Source: an uncultured Acidobacteriota bacterium (GTDB lineage: Bacteria > Acidobacteriota > Thermoanaerobaculia > Multivoradales > JAHEKO01). From it: a DNA stretch of 64,000 nt. The translations under genes were made by a program, and so were the position numbers. The stretch is from positions 768,001-832,000 of the forward strand of contig CAVQNG010000003.1 in assembly GCA_963713825.1 (NCBI GenBank). The letters are read 5' to 3'. The notes below the pieces were generated by a model. It made no database searches. It was not told the origin of the DNA and was given only the letters and a program-made list of their open reading frames with translations. Numbering within the stretch: position 1 is the stretch's first letter; the number at the start of each line of letters is the position of its first letter. Below are positions 19,108 through 28,700 of this stretch, in pieces.

Positions 19108-20027
19108 TAGGACACGGCTCCTTCGAGGGCGACGAGCGTGCCGTTCGTGGCATCCAGGTGAACCTCGGTGCCGTAGGGTAGGGCCGTGTTGCGGTCTCCG
19201 TGGCCAAAAGTGCCACCGAAAACAACCGGAACAGCGAGCCTCTCGAGGCGCTCAACGAGGACCTCGCGGGTCGTGGGGTGCTGCTCGACCCCTACTTGGA
19301 TGTCGTCACAATCGGTGAAATCGCCAACCACGACTCCCGACACCCGGGACAGCACACCGGCCAGCTCGAAGTGCGTCAACAGTCGATCGACGCGGTAGGG
19401 AAGCTCTCCAACGTCCTCGAGAAACAGCACCGCACCGTCGAACTCGGGCTGCAGGCTTGTGCCCAGAAGTCGCGACAGCACTTCCAGGTTGCCTCCCAGA
19501 AGAGGCCCTCGCGCCACACCCGAAACCACATTCTCGAGCCCAAGCAACAGGATGCCGGGCTCCGGATTCTCGAGCAGTCTGAAGAGGGACTCTCTGTCTT
19601 CACGGGGAAGTCCCGCGAACTGACTGATCATCGGCCCGTGGATCGCTGCCACTCCGGACCGGGCGCATGTCGCGAGCAGCGCCGTGACATCGGAGAAACC
19701 GACGATCGGTTTCGGTCTCTCCAGAAGGGCCCGGCTGTCGATTTGCGCCAGGATTCGCAGCAAGCCGTACCCCCCACGGGCGAGAAAGATGGCTCTGCAC
19801 TCGGGGTCCGCGATGGCGGTGTTGAGCGCCTCCAACCGATGGTCGTCGTCGCCGGCCAGGAAGCCGTGCTTGGAGAAGAGGCTGGCCTCGTCGAAACATA
19901 GATCGTAGCGCCCCTCCAGGGCCTCGAGACCAGCCATGAACCGCTGCCTGTCGACCGGCCCTGAAGCCGCTACGACTCGAACCCGGTCCCCGACTTCCAG
20001 GCGGGGGGGGCGAAGGATCGCGCTCAT
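19107..20027 (-). CDS. ldcA: LD-carboxypeptidase (peptidase S66)
   Basis: ARGGYG, GFSDVT, GGNL, FLEDVGE, FGHG. Confidence 0.9.
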   Translation of the reverse strand: MSAILRPPRLEVGDRVRVVAASGPVDRQRFMAGLEALEGRYDLCFDEASLFSKHGFLAGDDDHRLEALNTAIADPECRAIFLARGGYGLLRILAQIDSRALLERPKPIVGFSDVTALLATCARSGVAAIHGPMISQFAGLPREDRESLFRLLENPEPGILLLGLENVVSGVARGPLLGGNLEVLSRLLGTSLQPEFDGAVLFLEDVGELPYRVDRLLTHFELAGVLSRVSGVVVGDFTDCDDIQVGVEQHPTTREVLVERLERLAVPVVFGGTFGHGDRNTALPYGTEVHLDATNGTLVALEGAVS

Positions 20028-20122
20028 CCCCCGATCCTATCCGCTCATCCTCGGAAGCGGGCCGAGCGACGGCCCCGAATACCTTACAATCGAACCCTCT
20101 CGCGCTGCCGGAGTCGACACCA

Positions 20123-20836
20123 ATGCCTCAGAGAACCCGCTTCGCTGATCTCCTCTCTGCCTGTACCGGAATCGTACTTATGGCGGCGTTGGCAGGCTGC
20201 GCCTCCTCGCCGGCGATTCATGATCGACCCGTCTCCTTTTCTGCCGCCCGACAACAGGCAACGCTCGATTACATCGCCAAGCATTACGGTAAAGAACCCT
20301 TGGACATCTCGATCGAGCCCCGAATCATCGTTTTGCATTGGACGGCGATCCCCGACCTCGCCGGCTCTTTTGCTGCCTTCGAGGCCGAGCAGCTGCCGAG
20401 CTCTCGCCCAGACCTGGCAATGGCTGGACAGGTCAACGTCTCGATCCAGTTCCTCGTCGATCGCGACGGCACCGTCTACCGCCTCATGCCCGAGACGTGG
20501 ATGGCGCGGCATACGATCGGACTCAACTACAACTCCATTGGGGTCGAGAATGTCGGCGGTGGCGACAGCGTCGACAACATGACCGCTGCCCAGATCGAGG
20601 CCAACATCCGGCTCGTGCGTTACTTGGCCAAGAAATACCCATCGATCGAGTACCTGATCGGGCACTCGGAGTATCGCGAATTCGAAGGTCACCCCTTGTG
20701 GCTCGAACTGGACGACGACTACCGCACCGAGAAGGTCGATCCCGGAGATCGTTTCATGACGGCGGTCCGCGATGCGGTCGCTACGATCGGCTTGAAAGGT
20801 CCGGACGACGTTCGAGCCGAAAAGGAAGTCGAGTGA
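20123..20836 (+). CDS. N-acetylmuramoyl-L-alanine amidase (Amidase_2/PGRP-like), lipoprotein
   Basis: Lipobox LAGC, IVLHWT, ARHTIGLN, SIGVENVG, IGHSE, KVDPG. Confidence 0.87.
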   Translation: MPQRTRFADLLSACTGIVLMAALAGCASSPAIHDRPVSFSAARQQATLDYIAKHYGKEPLDISIEPRIIVLHWTAIPDLAGSFAAFEAEQLPSSRPDLAMAGQVNVSIQFLVDRDGTVYRLMPETWMARHTIGLNYNSIGVENVGGGDSVDNMTAAQIEANIRLVRYLAKKYPSIEYLIGHSEYREFEGHPLWLELDDDYRTEKVDPGDRFMTAVRDAVATIGLKGPDDVRAEKEVE

Positions 20837-20860
20837 GCAGCCGGGCTTGCTGAATTCCCG

Positions 20861-21988
20861 TCATTTGGACATCGGCCGCAGGAGGCCGACCGTCAATCTC
20901 GCCGCGCCACCGAGGCCGAGGCTTCTCAACGGCTGCTCGCGAGAGTGGATCGCCAGAAGTCGCGAGAACAAGACCGGGCTGTCAGACAGCGTCTCGATCA
21001 GGCGGTGGCGCAGGACGGGGCGCCGCTCGACGAAAAGTAGGCCAGCGATGAGAGCGTTGGGCAGGCGCGCGAGACGAGCTACTCGCCGTTCGTACTCGAG
21101 AAGGTCATCGTTCTCGATGGCTGCCGCCAAGGCCGACGCCTGAAGAAAGGCCATCGACAACCCCTCTCCAGTGATCGCGTCTCGATAGCCAGCCGCGTCA
21201 CCCACCAGGACCACTCTCTCTCTCGCTATCCGGGAGGCTCGGTGACGCAAAGGGCCCGCACCGCGGACCCGACTCGCGGGCTCTGCGCCCTGCAGTCGTC
21301 GTTCCAGAGCGGGAAATCTTGCGAGCAATTGCTCGAAATTGGCCTTCTGCCCACTCCACAGGAGAGCCACGCCAACCTCGCTCGACCCCACCGGCGTCAC
21401 GTAGGCCTCGCATTCAGATCCCCAGTAGACCTCGACCAGGTCGGTCCATGGCTGGCTCCGGAAGTGCCGCCTGACCCCGAAGCGCTGCGGTCCGATCGAC
21501 GATCCCTCGAGCCCAGCCCATCGCCGAACCCGGGACCTGAGGCCATCAGCACCCACAATCCACCGGGCCGAGATCCGCCCGCGCTCGGTCATCACTCCCT
21601 GAGCCGAGACCCCATGCACTTTTTCTCCCCAAACGAGCTCTGCGCCACCGTCCGCGGCCCTTTCCACCATGGCTGTGTGCAGCTCCGTGCGGCGTACTCC
21701 CATCGCACATCGTGAAGGGAACCGAGCCTCTGCAACCGTCTCGCCGTCGATATATCGGATGCCCCTGATCTTGTAGCAGGCTCTCTGATCGAGATCGATC
21801 CCCATCGCCTTCAGTCGCGCCACGCCTTCGGGCATGATCCCCTCACCGCATGCCTTGTCGACCGGGGGTCGCGACCCCTCCAAGACCATGACCTCGATTC
21901 CCCGCTGACGCAGCTCGATCGCCGTGGCCAGACCGGCCGGTCCGCCACCAATCACCACCACCTCGCGATCATGTGCTCTTCCAGCCAC
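20861..21988 (-). CDS. FAD-dependent oxidoreductase/monooxygenase of the type III PKS cluster
   Basis: VIGGGPAG, DKACGEG, GADG, LVGDAAG..D.ITGEG. Confidence 0.85.
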   Translation of the reverse strand: MAGRAHDREVVVIGGGPAGLATAIELRQRGIEVMVLEGSRPPVDKACGEGIMPEGVARLKAMGIDLDQRACYKIRGIRYIDGETVAEARFPSRCAMGVRRTELHTAMVERAADGGAELVWGEKVHGVSAQGVMTERGRISARWIVGADGLRSRVRRWAGLEGSSIGPQRFGVRRHFRSQPWTDLVEVYWGSECEAYVTPVGSSEVGVALLWSGQKANFEQLLARFPALERRLQGAEPASRVRGAGPLRHRASRIARERVVLVGDAAGYRDAITGEGLSMAFLQASALAAAIENDDLLEYERRVARLARLPNALIAGLLFVERRPVLRHRLIETLSDSPVLFSRLLAIHSREQPLRSLGLGGAARLTVGLLRPMSK

Positions 21989-23741
21989 CTCGCCTCCTCC
22001 GTCGCCAACGCTGGAAGGCCCTGGAAGACCGCCACCACGATCTGGTCAACACCAGCGCAGAGACTGGGCCAGCCGGAGTCAGCTCGTCAGCCAAGAATCG
22101 CCGCAGGGTTTCCGCCCGCCGAATCTTGCCCGAAGAGGTTCGCGGCAGGGTCCCCGGCTCCAGCACCACGACCCGGTCAACCGCTATGCCACTCGTCTTG
22201 AGGACTTCTTGGCGGCAACTCTCCTCGATTGCCTCGGGGGTCTGCCGAGAACCACTCGAGCTGCGTTCGACAAAAAGCCACACCGCCTCGGCCTCAGAGC
22301 TCTCTGGGCGATGACTGACCGCTGCCACGCAACCCTTGCGGACGCTCTTCAAGCCCGCTAGGGCAAATTCCAACTCCTCTGGTGCGTGGTTCTGCCCGCG
22401 CACGATCAGGACATCCTTCGCCCTGCCGGTGATGAACAGCTCGCCTTCGACACGAACGCCGAGATCTCCTGTGTCGAGCCACCCGTCCCTGAGCACCGCT
22501 GCAGTGCTGCCGGGACGGTCCAGATACTCCTTCATGAGAGATGGCCCCTGTACCCAGATCCGGCCCACAGAACCGTCTCTGTTCTCCTGTCCAGCCTCGT
22601 CCCGGACCGAGATTCGAAATCCGGGAAGTGGTTGCCCCACGGACACCAGTTCGATGCCATCTGGCTCCGGTATTGCCAAGCCTTGCTCGGACAGGGCTCG
22701 GCGCTCGAATCTCTGACTGAGAAAGCCCCGTTCAATAGGGCTGAAGGTTACAGCCAGAGAAGCCTCCGAAAGACCGTACACCGGCGTCAGTGCCCGCGGT
22801 GAGAATCCCCATCGGGCAAAACGCTCTGCAAACCTCCGCAACACCGCGGGCGCGACCGGCTCCGAGCCGTTCAGGGCCACCTTCCAGCAGGACAGGTCGA
22901 CCCCCTCCATCGCTTCGTCGGACACCTTGTCGACGCAAAGCCCATAGGCGAAGTTGGGGGCCGGAGAAACGGTTGCGCGATAGCGGGAGATGGCTCGCAA
23001 CCAGACCTCGGGGCGCGCCACGAAGACCTCGGGTGGGATCAGGGTCAACACCGATGGCCGCTCCAGTGCCGGGAAGACGCAGCCGATCAATCCCATGTCG
23101 TGGTAGAGCGGCAGCCACGAAGCGCCGGAGTGGCGCACCTCGGCCGTGTCTGGCCAGTATCGATTCAGCGCCTTGACCTGCGCCATCACCGCGCGGTGGG
23201 TAAGCGCTACCGGTTTCGGGTCTACCGTCGTTCCCGACGAGAATTGCACCAGGGCGAGGTCCTCTGGGCTCGCCTCAGGAAGACGGCCATCACCGCTCGG
23301 CAGTTCGTCGAGGACCAGACAACCCAACTCGGGGTCGGCCCGCTCCATGGTCTGGCCGAGAATGCCGCGAACTCGCGACGAAACCAGCACGACCCGCGCT
23401 GAGACTGCCTGTAGAAGGCTTGCTGTTCGAGCGTGGTACTCCTCCAACCTTCCCAGGCGAACCGGCGGGTAGAGCGGTACGGGGATAGCACCGACCAACA
23501 AGGCTCCAAAGAAGGCGAAAAAGAAGCCCTTTTCAGTGGGGAACACCAGCGCGACCCTGTCACCACGACTCACCCCGAGCCGACGAAGCCCCGAGGCCAC
23601 CCTGAGCGACTCTTCGAAGACGTCCGACCAACTCAGCCACTCGGGTTGCTCTCTTCTGTCGAGCAGGCGAAGACCCGCGTCTGGAAACTCCACCGCTCTC
23701 TCCAGGGCCTTCTGCAGCGTGGTGGCTTTCGCTCTCTGCAT
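21969..23741 (-). CDS. Fatty acyl-AMP ligase
   Basis: QFSSGTT.DPK, SWLPLYHDMGLIG, APNFAY, YGLSEA, TGDLG, PRTSSGK. Confidence 0.88.
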   Translation of the reverse strand: MQRAKATTLQKALERAVEFPDAGLRLLDRREQPEWLSWSDVFEESLRVASGLRRLGVSRGDRVALVFPTEKGFFFAFFGALLVGAIPVPLYPPVRLGRLEEYHARTASLLQAVSARVVLVSSRVRGILGQTMERADPELGCLVLDELPSGDGRLPEASPEDLALVQFSSGTTVDPKPVALTHRAVMAQVKALNRYWPDTAEVRHSGASWLPLYHDMGLIGCVFPALERPSVLTLIPPEVFVARPEVWLRAISRYRATVSPAPNFAYGLCVDKVSDEAMEGVDLSCWKVALNGSEPVAPAVLRRFAERFARWGFSPRALTPVYGLSEASLAVTFSPIERGFLSQRFERRALSEQGLAIPEPDGIELVSVGQPLPGFRISVRDEAGQENRDGSVGRIWVQGPSLMKEYLDRPGSTAAVLRDGWLDTGDLGVRVEGELFITGRAKDVLIVRGQNHAPEELEFALAGLKSVRKGCVAAVSHRPESSEAEAVWLFVERSSSGSRQTPEAIEESCRQEVLKTSGIAVDRVVVLEPGTLPRTSSGKIRRAETLRRFLADELTPAGPVSALVLTRSWWRSSRAFQRWRRRRRGGWKST

Positions 23742-23748
23742 CACAGCT

Positions 23749-23991
23749 TCAACCGACGCTCTTCTGCTCAATGACTCGCACCAGGTCTCCGACGGTCTCG
23801 ATTCCCGCCTCGTCATCCTCGTCCAAGCAAATCCGAAAGTGGTTCTCTACCTCGACCGCCAGTGTCAGGAGCTTCAAGGAGTCGAGCTCCAGGTCCTCGA
23901 TCAGGTGCATATCCGGGCGCAGCTCCCCCTTCCAGCCCAGATGCCTCTGCGCTACCAGAGCCACACCTTCCAAGGTCGACTCCTGTTTCAT
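23749..23991 (-). CDS. Acyl carrier protein
   Basis: 80 aa and acidic, with DLELDSL (phosphopantetheine Ser) and IETVGDL. Confidence 0.88.
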   Translation of the reverse strand: MKQESTLEGVALVAQRHLGWKGELRPDMHLIEDLELDSLKLLTLAVEVENHFRICLDEDDEAGIETVGDLVRVIEQKSVG

Positions 23992-24518
23992 TCAACCACC
24001 TCGGCTCCCTCTCGCAGCGCCGTCTCTTCCACTCTGATGCGCGTCCTCAGGAGACTGGCGTTGAGAATGCTGTAGATCAGAGCGGTAAGCCAAGCGGTGT
24101 GGACCAAGGGAAGAGCTGCGATCTCCAAGACAACGGCCAGATAGTTCGGATGGTCGAGGAAACGAAATGGGCCCGCTGTGATCCTGGATTCTTTGGCCCG
24201 CAGCACCCGCGTCGTCCAGCGCCGGCCCAAGGTCACGACCACCCAATAGCGCAGAGCCATCGCCACCATCAAGAGCAGCAGCATCGCCAGCGCCAGCGGT
24301 GGAATCAGTGGCCGCTCCAGGAACCATACTTCCATGGGGGCCGCCAACAGAAAGGTCGAGTGGAGCATGACCATCCAAGGATAGTGGGACTCGCCCACCT
24401 CGACGGCGCCACGAGCCAGCAACCAGCGCCGGTTGCGACTCGCCAGCCGCAACTCCACGAGCCGCTCCAGACCAACCAATGCGATCAGGGCGGTAAAAAG
24501 CCACCGACTGTCTACCAT
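23988..24518 (-). CDS. Isoprenylcysteine carboxyl methyltransferase family protein (SrsB/BpsB-like)
   Basis: ERLVEL, HYPWMVMLH, LGRRWTTR, GPFRFLDHPNY, RIRVEE. Confidence 0.88.
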   Translation of the reverse strand: MVDSRWLFTALIALVGLERLVELRLASRNRRWLLARGAVEVGESHYPWMVMLHSTFLLAAPMEVWFLERPLIPPLALAMLLLLMVAMALRYWVVVTLGRRWTTRVLRAKESRITAGPFRFLDHPNYLAVVLEIAALPLVHTAWLTALIYSILNASLLRTRIRVEETALREGAEVVE

Positions 24519-25561
24519 TCCAACAGCACCAGCTCGGAGCAGAAGCCCGGCCCCATGGCCAGCAGCATTCCATAGCTGCCCGGTTCGGGTGGTCGAGATC
24601 TCATCGTCTCTTGCAGCACGAGAAGGACAGATGTCGAGGAGAGATTTCCAACCGTCTCGAGGCTCTCTCTGGTCAAGTCCAACGCGTCGGGCTGGAGCTC
24701 GAGGGCGGTCTCGAGGGCGCTCACGACCTTCGGTCCGCCAGGATGAGCCACCCAGGAGACGATATCGCTGCGGCTCAGCCCCTGTGCGCCGAGAAAAGCG
24801 TCGACGTCTTGTCGCAGGTTCCGCCGGGCCATCTCCGGGACGTCGGCCGAGAGAACGACCTGGAAACCCTTCTCGGAGATGTCCCAGCCCATGACCCTCT
24901 CGGTATCTGGATAAAAGACCGAGCGAGTGGCCACAATGCGCGGACCTGATGCCGGCCGCTCCTCACCCACCACGATTACGGCCGCTGCACCATCGCCGAA
25001 CAGGCCTGATGAAATGAGGTTGGGAATCGATAGATCCTGAAGCTGCAATGTCAGAGAACAAAGCTCCACCGAGAGCAGCACCGCAACCTCATCGGGGTAG
25101 GCCTTCACATAGTCGGCTGCCCTGGAGATCCCCGCCGCTCCGCCGACGCATCCCAGGCCGAAGATCGGCAGACGCTTGACTCTCGGCGACAGATCCAGCC
25201 GATTGACCAGACGCGCATCGATGGACGGTGTCGCCACGCCCGTCACCGAAACAAAAATAAGGCAGTCGACGTCGGCAGGTTCGAGCCTGGCCTGGGCGAG
25301 GGCTTCGCGAACGGCCTGCTCGCCGACATCCTGGGCGACTCGTATCCAAGCGTCATTGGACTGCCCCCAGCCCTCGAGCTGCGAATACTCTTCGATGGGA
25401 AGGGCCAGGTGTCTTCCACCAACCAACACATTCTTGTGCAGGGCCTCGAGACGGCCCTGGTTGTAGAGCTGCCGAGACCAGGTCCGTTTGAACTCCTCCA
25501 GCAACCGCTCTTGAGAGTAGTAATGGGGAGGAAACGCCGCACCCACGGATGCGATCTTCAT
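24512..25561 (-). CDS. Type III polyketide synthase (SrsA/FtpA-like)
   Basis: Catalytic triad in GLGCVGG, HPGG and GNLSS; LFGDGAAA; MGPGF. Confidence 0.92.
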   Translation of the reverse strand: MKIASVGAAFPPHYYSQERLLEEFKRTWSRQLYNQGRLEALHKNVLVGGRHLALPIEEYSQLEGWGQSNDAWIRVAQDVGEQAVREALAQARLEPADVDCLIFVSVTGVATPSIDARLVNRLDLSPRVKRLPIFGLGCVGGAAGISRAADYVKAYPDEVAVLLSVELCSLTLQLQDLSIPNLISSGLFGDGAAAVIVVGEERPASGPRIVATRSVFYPDTERVMGWDISEKGFQVVLSADVPEMARRNLRQDVDAFLGAQGLSRSDIVSWVAHPGGPKVVSALETALELQPDALDLTRESLETVGNLSSTSVLLVLQETMRSRPPEPGSYGMLLAMGPGFCSELVLLEW

Positions 25562-25802
25562 TGCTTGAACACCTCGATCTTCCGCCCGGTCAAGACTCGT
25601 ACTCCGAGAGTTGGACTACTGCCCATTGTACGGGTTCGCGCGCGGGCTGGATCCGGTTCATTCGACCCCCTTGGGGTGGTCGATCATAGACCACGCGACT
25701 CCTTCGCGGTTCCCTCGAGCATGGGCTGGCTGTAGACTCGTCCACGCTCTACCCCTGGGTGATCCGAAACTCGCTGCATTTCGTATAGGCCCAGTAGACG
25801 TC

Positions 25803-26558
25803 ATGCGCCCGCTTCAGCCACAGCCTCTGCTCCTCGTCTTCACTCTCGGGCCGCACCGTGAGCAGCGACGCCGCAGTCTGCTGCCCGCGTGGCTACAGGG
25901 TGCCGAGCGGCGGCTCCACGAACAAAGCCTGGAATCGATTCTCGCCGCAGGGCGTTCTGCTGGCTGTGATTGCCGAGTGGCGGCACCATCGCCTCTCGAC
26001 CTGACCCCGAACTCGAAGCAGATCGAACAAACAGGCCGGTCCTTCGGAGAGCGACTCCGGGGCTCCATCCGGTCGGTCGAGTCGGACTCTGCGGGGCGGC
26101 CTACGATCGTCGTGGGGTCCGACTGCCCAGAGCTCTCGGCGGATCATCTGCGCGAGACCCTGCGCCATCTCGCCGACAATCCAGACCGCGTCGTGATCGG
26201 CCCAGCATCCGATGGCGGCTTTTATCTCTTGGCCTTCAATCGCCCTGTCGATACCGAGCTGTCCCGCGTCCGCTGGTGCCGGGAGGACACACTGAAGTGC
26301 CTGCTGGCGGCTCTACAGGAGAGCGGGCGCCCTGTCACCCTTCTCGAAGCGCTCGCAGATCTCGACACCACGAACGATCTCGAAAGATGGCTGGCGGCCA
26401 AGGTTCCAGCTCTCTCCGCATGGCGCCAGCTTCACCACTACCTCCGGCGCCTACTGTCTGGTCTCCGGCGCCCTTCAGTTCCCGCCGTGATGGGGACACC
26501 GATACCGGTCTCTGCCCATCCCCGCCGGGGACGCTCTCCTCCAGCCCGTCGACACTGA
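25803..26558 (+). CDS. DUF2064/TIGR04282-like GT-A-fold protein with a C-terminal RSPP tail
   Basis: Q.GRSFGERL, VGSDCPEL, VIGPASDGGFYLL, LADLDT..DL; start placed at MRPLQ. Confidence 0.78.
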   Translation: MRPLQPQPLLLVFTLGPHREQRRRSLLPAWLQGAERRLHEQSLESILAAGRSAGCDCRVAAPSPLDLTPNSKQIEQTGRSFGERLRGSIRSVESDSAGRPTIVVGSDCPELSADHLRETLRHLADNPDRVVIGPASDGGFYLLAFNRPVDTELSRVRWCREDTLKCLLAALQESGRPVTLLEALADLDTTNDLERWLAAKVPALSAWRQLHHYLRRLLSGLRRPSVPAVMGTPIPVSAHPRRGRSPPARRH

Positions 26559-26658
26559 GAGCCGATCATCTCCTGCCGCCGTCGAAACAGTCGGCTGGCC
26601 GAAAACCCTGTCGTCCGACCCGGAGATTCGCGTCTCCCTTTCGAGGTAGTTAGACATC

Positions 26659-27816
26659 ATGACAACAGTCAGTGTGGAGCAAGTGGTCAGGGACCGCTAC
26701 AGCCTGGGTGCCGAAACGCGAGTGGCAGCGCTGTGCTGCCCAACGGACTATGACCCGCGGTACCTCGAGGTGATCCCGCAGGAAGTCCTCGAGCGCGACT
26801 ATGGTTGCGGCGACCCCAGCCAATACCTCAAAGAGGGCGAGACGGTCCTCGACCTGGGCAGCGGCACGGGGAAGATCTGCTTCATCGCCGCTCAGGTCGT
26901 GGGGGAGACGGGGCGCGTTATCGGCATCGACATGACTCCGGAGATGCTGACCGTGGCGCGCCAGGCAGCACCAGCGGTCGCCTCGCAGCTCGGCTTTTCC
27001 AACGTCGAGTTTCGACGTGGCCGAATCCAGGACTTGAGGCTCGACCTCGACCTGTTGGAGGAAGTCATGGTCGAGAATCCGGTGGGCGACGTGGAAGGCC
27101 TGCTAGAGATTCAGGGACGCAGCGACGAGTTACGTGCCAACCAACCTCTCGTAGACAATGACTCGGTCGATGTCGTGGTTTCCAACTGCGTCCTCAACCT
27201 GGTGGACAATCGCCAGAAGGAGGTGCTATTCGAGGAGATCTATCGCGTCCTGCGGCGCGGCGGGCGCGCCGTTATCTCCGACATCGTCAGTGACGAACCG
27301 GTTCCAGATGCGATGCAGAACGACCCCGATCTTTGGAGCGGCTGTCTCTCTGGAGCGCTGACGGAAGAGGGGTTCTTGGCCGCCTTCGAAGAGGCCGGGT
27401 TTCACGGTGTCCGCATCCTGATTCGCCAGCAGGAGCCCTGGCAAACGGTGAGTGGCATCGAGTTCCGCTCGGTGACCGTGGAGGCCTTTAAGGGCAAAGA
27501 GGGACCCTGTTGGGAGCGCAATCAGGCCGTCATCTACAGGGGCCCGTTCAAGGAGGTTCTGGACGACGACGACCACCGACTAGAGCGCGGCCGACGCTAC
27601 GCGGTCTGTGACAAGACCTACAACCTCTACCGTCAGGAGCCCTATCGCGACTCCTTCGAGTTCGTGGAGCCGCTGGAGGAGATTGCCCTCGAGGAGGCCC
27701 AGCCCTTCGACTGTTCTAGAACTCCTCTGCGTCAGCCCAAGGAAACCAAGGGGCGGGACTACGATCTGACGTCTACAGCGGCCGAATCCTGCTGCGGCCC
27801 GGAGGGCTGCTGTTAG
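26659..27816 (+). CDS. arsM: ArsM/AS3MT-like arsenite S-adenosylmethionine methyltransferase
   Basis: LCCP, YGCG, VLDLGSGTG, SNCVLNL, WSGCLSGA, C-terminal CCGPEGCC. Confidence 0.75.
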   Translation: MTTVSVEQVVRDRYSLGAETRVAALCCPTDYDPRYLEVIPQEVLERDYGCGDPSQYLKEGETVLDLGSGTGKICFIAAQVVGETGRVIGIDMTPEMLTVARQAAPAVASQLGFSNVEFRRGRIQDLRLDLDLLEEVMVENPVGDVEGLLEIQGRSDELRANQPLVDNDSVDVVVSNCVLNLVDNRQKEVLFEEIYRVLRRGGRAVISDIVSDEPVPDAMQNDPDLWSGCLSGALTEEGFLAAFEEAGFHGVRILIRQQEPWQTVSGIEFRSVTVEAFKGKEGPCWERNQAVIYRGPFKEVLDDDDHRLERGRRYAVCDKTYNLYRQEPYRDSFEFVEPLEEIALEEAQPFDCSRTPLRQPKETKGRDYDLTSTAAESCCGPEGCC

Positions 27817-28700
27817 TGCCGACCCTCGAGGCCTCTGAGGCCCCGGCGCCGCGAGTCGCCCTGAGCGCACTCGACACACTCTGGTTCCAGGTGGCCGGCA
27901 CGGTGTGCAACCTGGCTTGCACCCACTGCTTCGTTTCCAGCTCTCCCACCAACAGGACCCACGACTTCCTCTCCTTGAAAGCGATCCTCCCTTATCTCGA
28001 AGAAGCCTCGAAGCTCGGGGTCAAGGAGCTCTACTTCACTGGCGGCGAGCCCTTCTTGAACCCGGAGTTGGAATCGATTCTCGTTAGAGCTCTCGACGTC
28101 GGCCCCGTAACGGTGTTGACGAACGGCCTGCTGTTGGACCCGCCTCGCTGCCGCCGGCTGAGCAGGTTCGCCGAGCAGACCGACTACTCTCTCGATTTTC
28201 GGATCTCTCTGGATGGCTACGCTGCCGAGACCAACGACCCCATTCGCGGTGAGGGCACCTTTGAGAGAATCCTCCAGGGCGTGTCGAACCTGGTTGCGGC
28301 GGGCTTGAATCCTGTCATTACGGTCACCGAAGTCTACGAGGAGAACGGCTCCGTGCATGGCAAGGAGCGCTTTTTCGACCTCCTGCGAAGCCTGGGGGTG
28401 GCCAAGCCGCGGCTCAAGATGCTACCTGTTTTTCAGATCGGGGCCGAAGCAGAGCGCACCGGTGCCTACGAGACTTGGCAACGACTGCGAGACTCGGACA
28501 CCCCGGATGAGGGTTGGAGCCATCTCCAGTGCAGCTCTTGCCGGATGGTGACGGACCAGGGTGTGTGGGTCTGTCCCATTCTCGTCAACGAGCCACAAGG
28601 CAAGATGGGACAGACCCTGTCCGACACACTCGCGCCGTTCGCCCTGGATCACCCTGCCTGTTGGACATGCCACGTCTACGGAGTCTCCTGCAAGACATGA
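27816..28700 (+). CDS. Radical SAM protein (ArsS-related)
   Basis: CNLACTHC (CxxxCxxC), FTGGEPF, TNG, Cys-rich C-terminus; GTG start overlaps the arsM stop. Confidence 0.82.
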   Translation: MPTLEASEAPAPRVALSALDTLWFQVAGTVCNLACTHCFVSSSPTNRTHDFLSLKAILPYLEEASKLGVKELYFTGGEPFLNPELESILVRALDVGPVTVLTNGLLLDPPRCRRLSRFAEQTDYSLDFRISLDGYAAETNDPIRGEGTFERILQGVSNLVAAGLNPVITVTEVYEENGSVHGKERFFDLLRSLGVAKPRLKMLPVFQIGAEAERTGAYETWQRLRDSDTPDEGWSHLQCSSCRMVTDQGVWVCPILVNEPQGKMGQTLSDTLAPFALDHPACWTCHVYGVSCKT

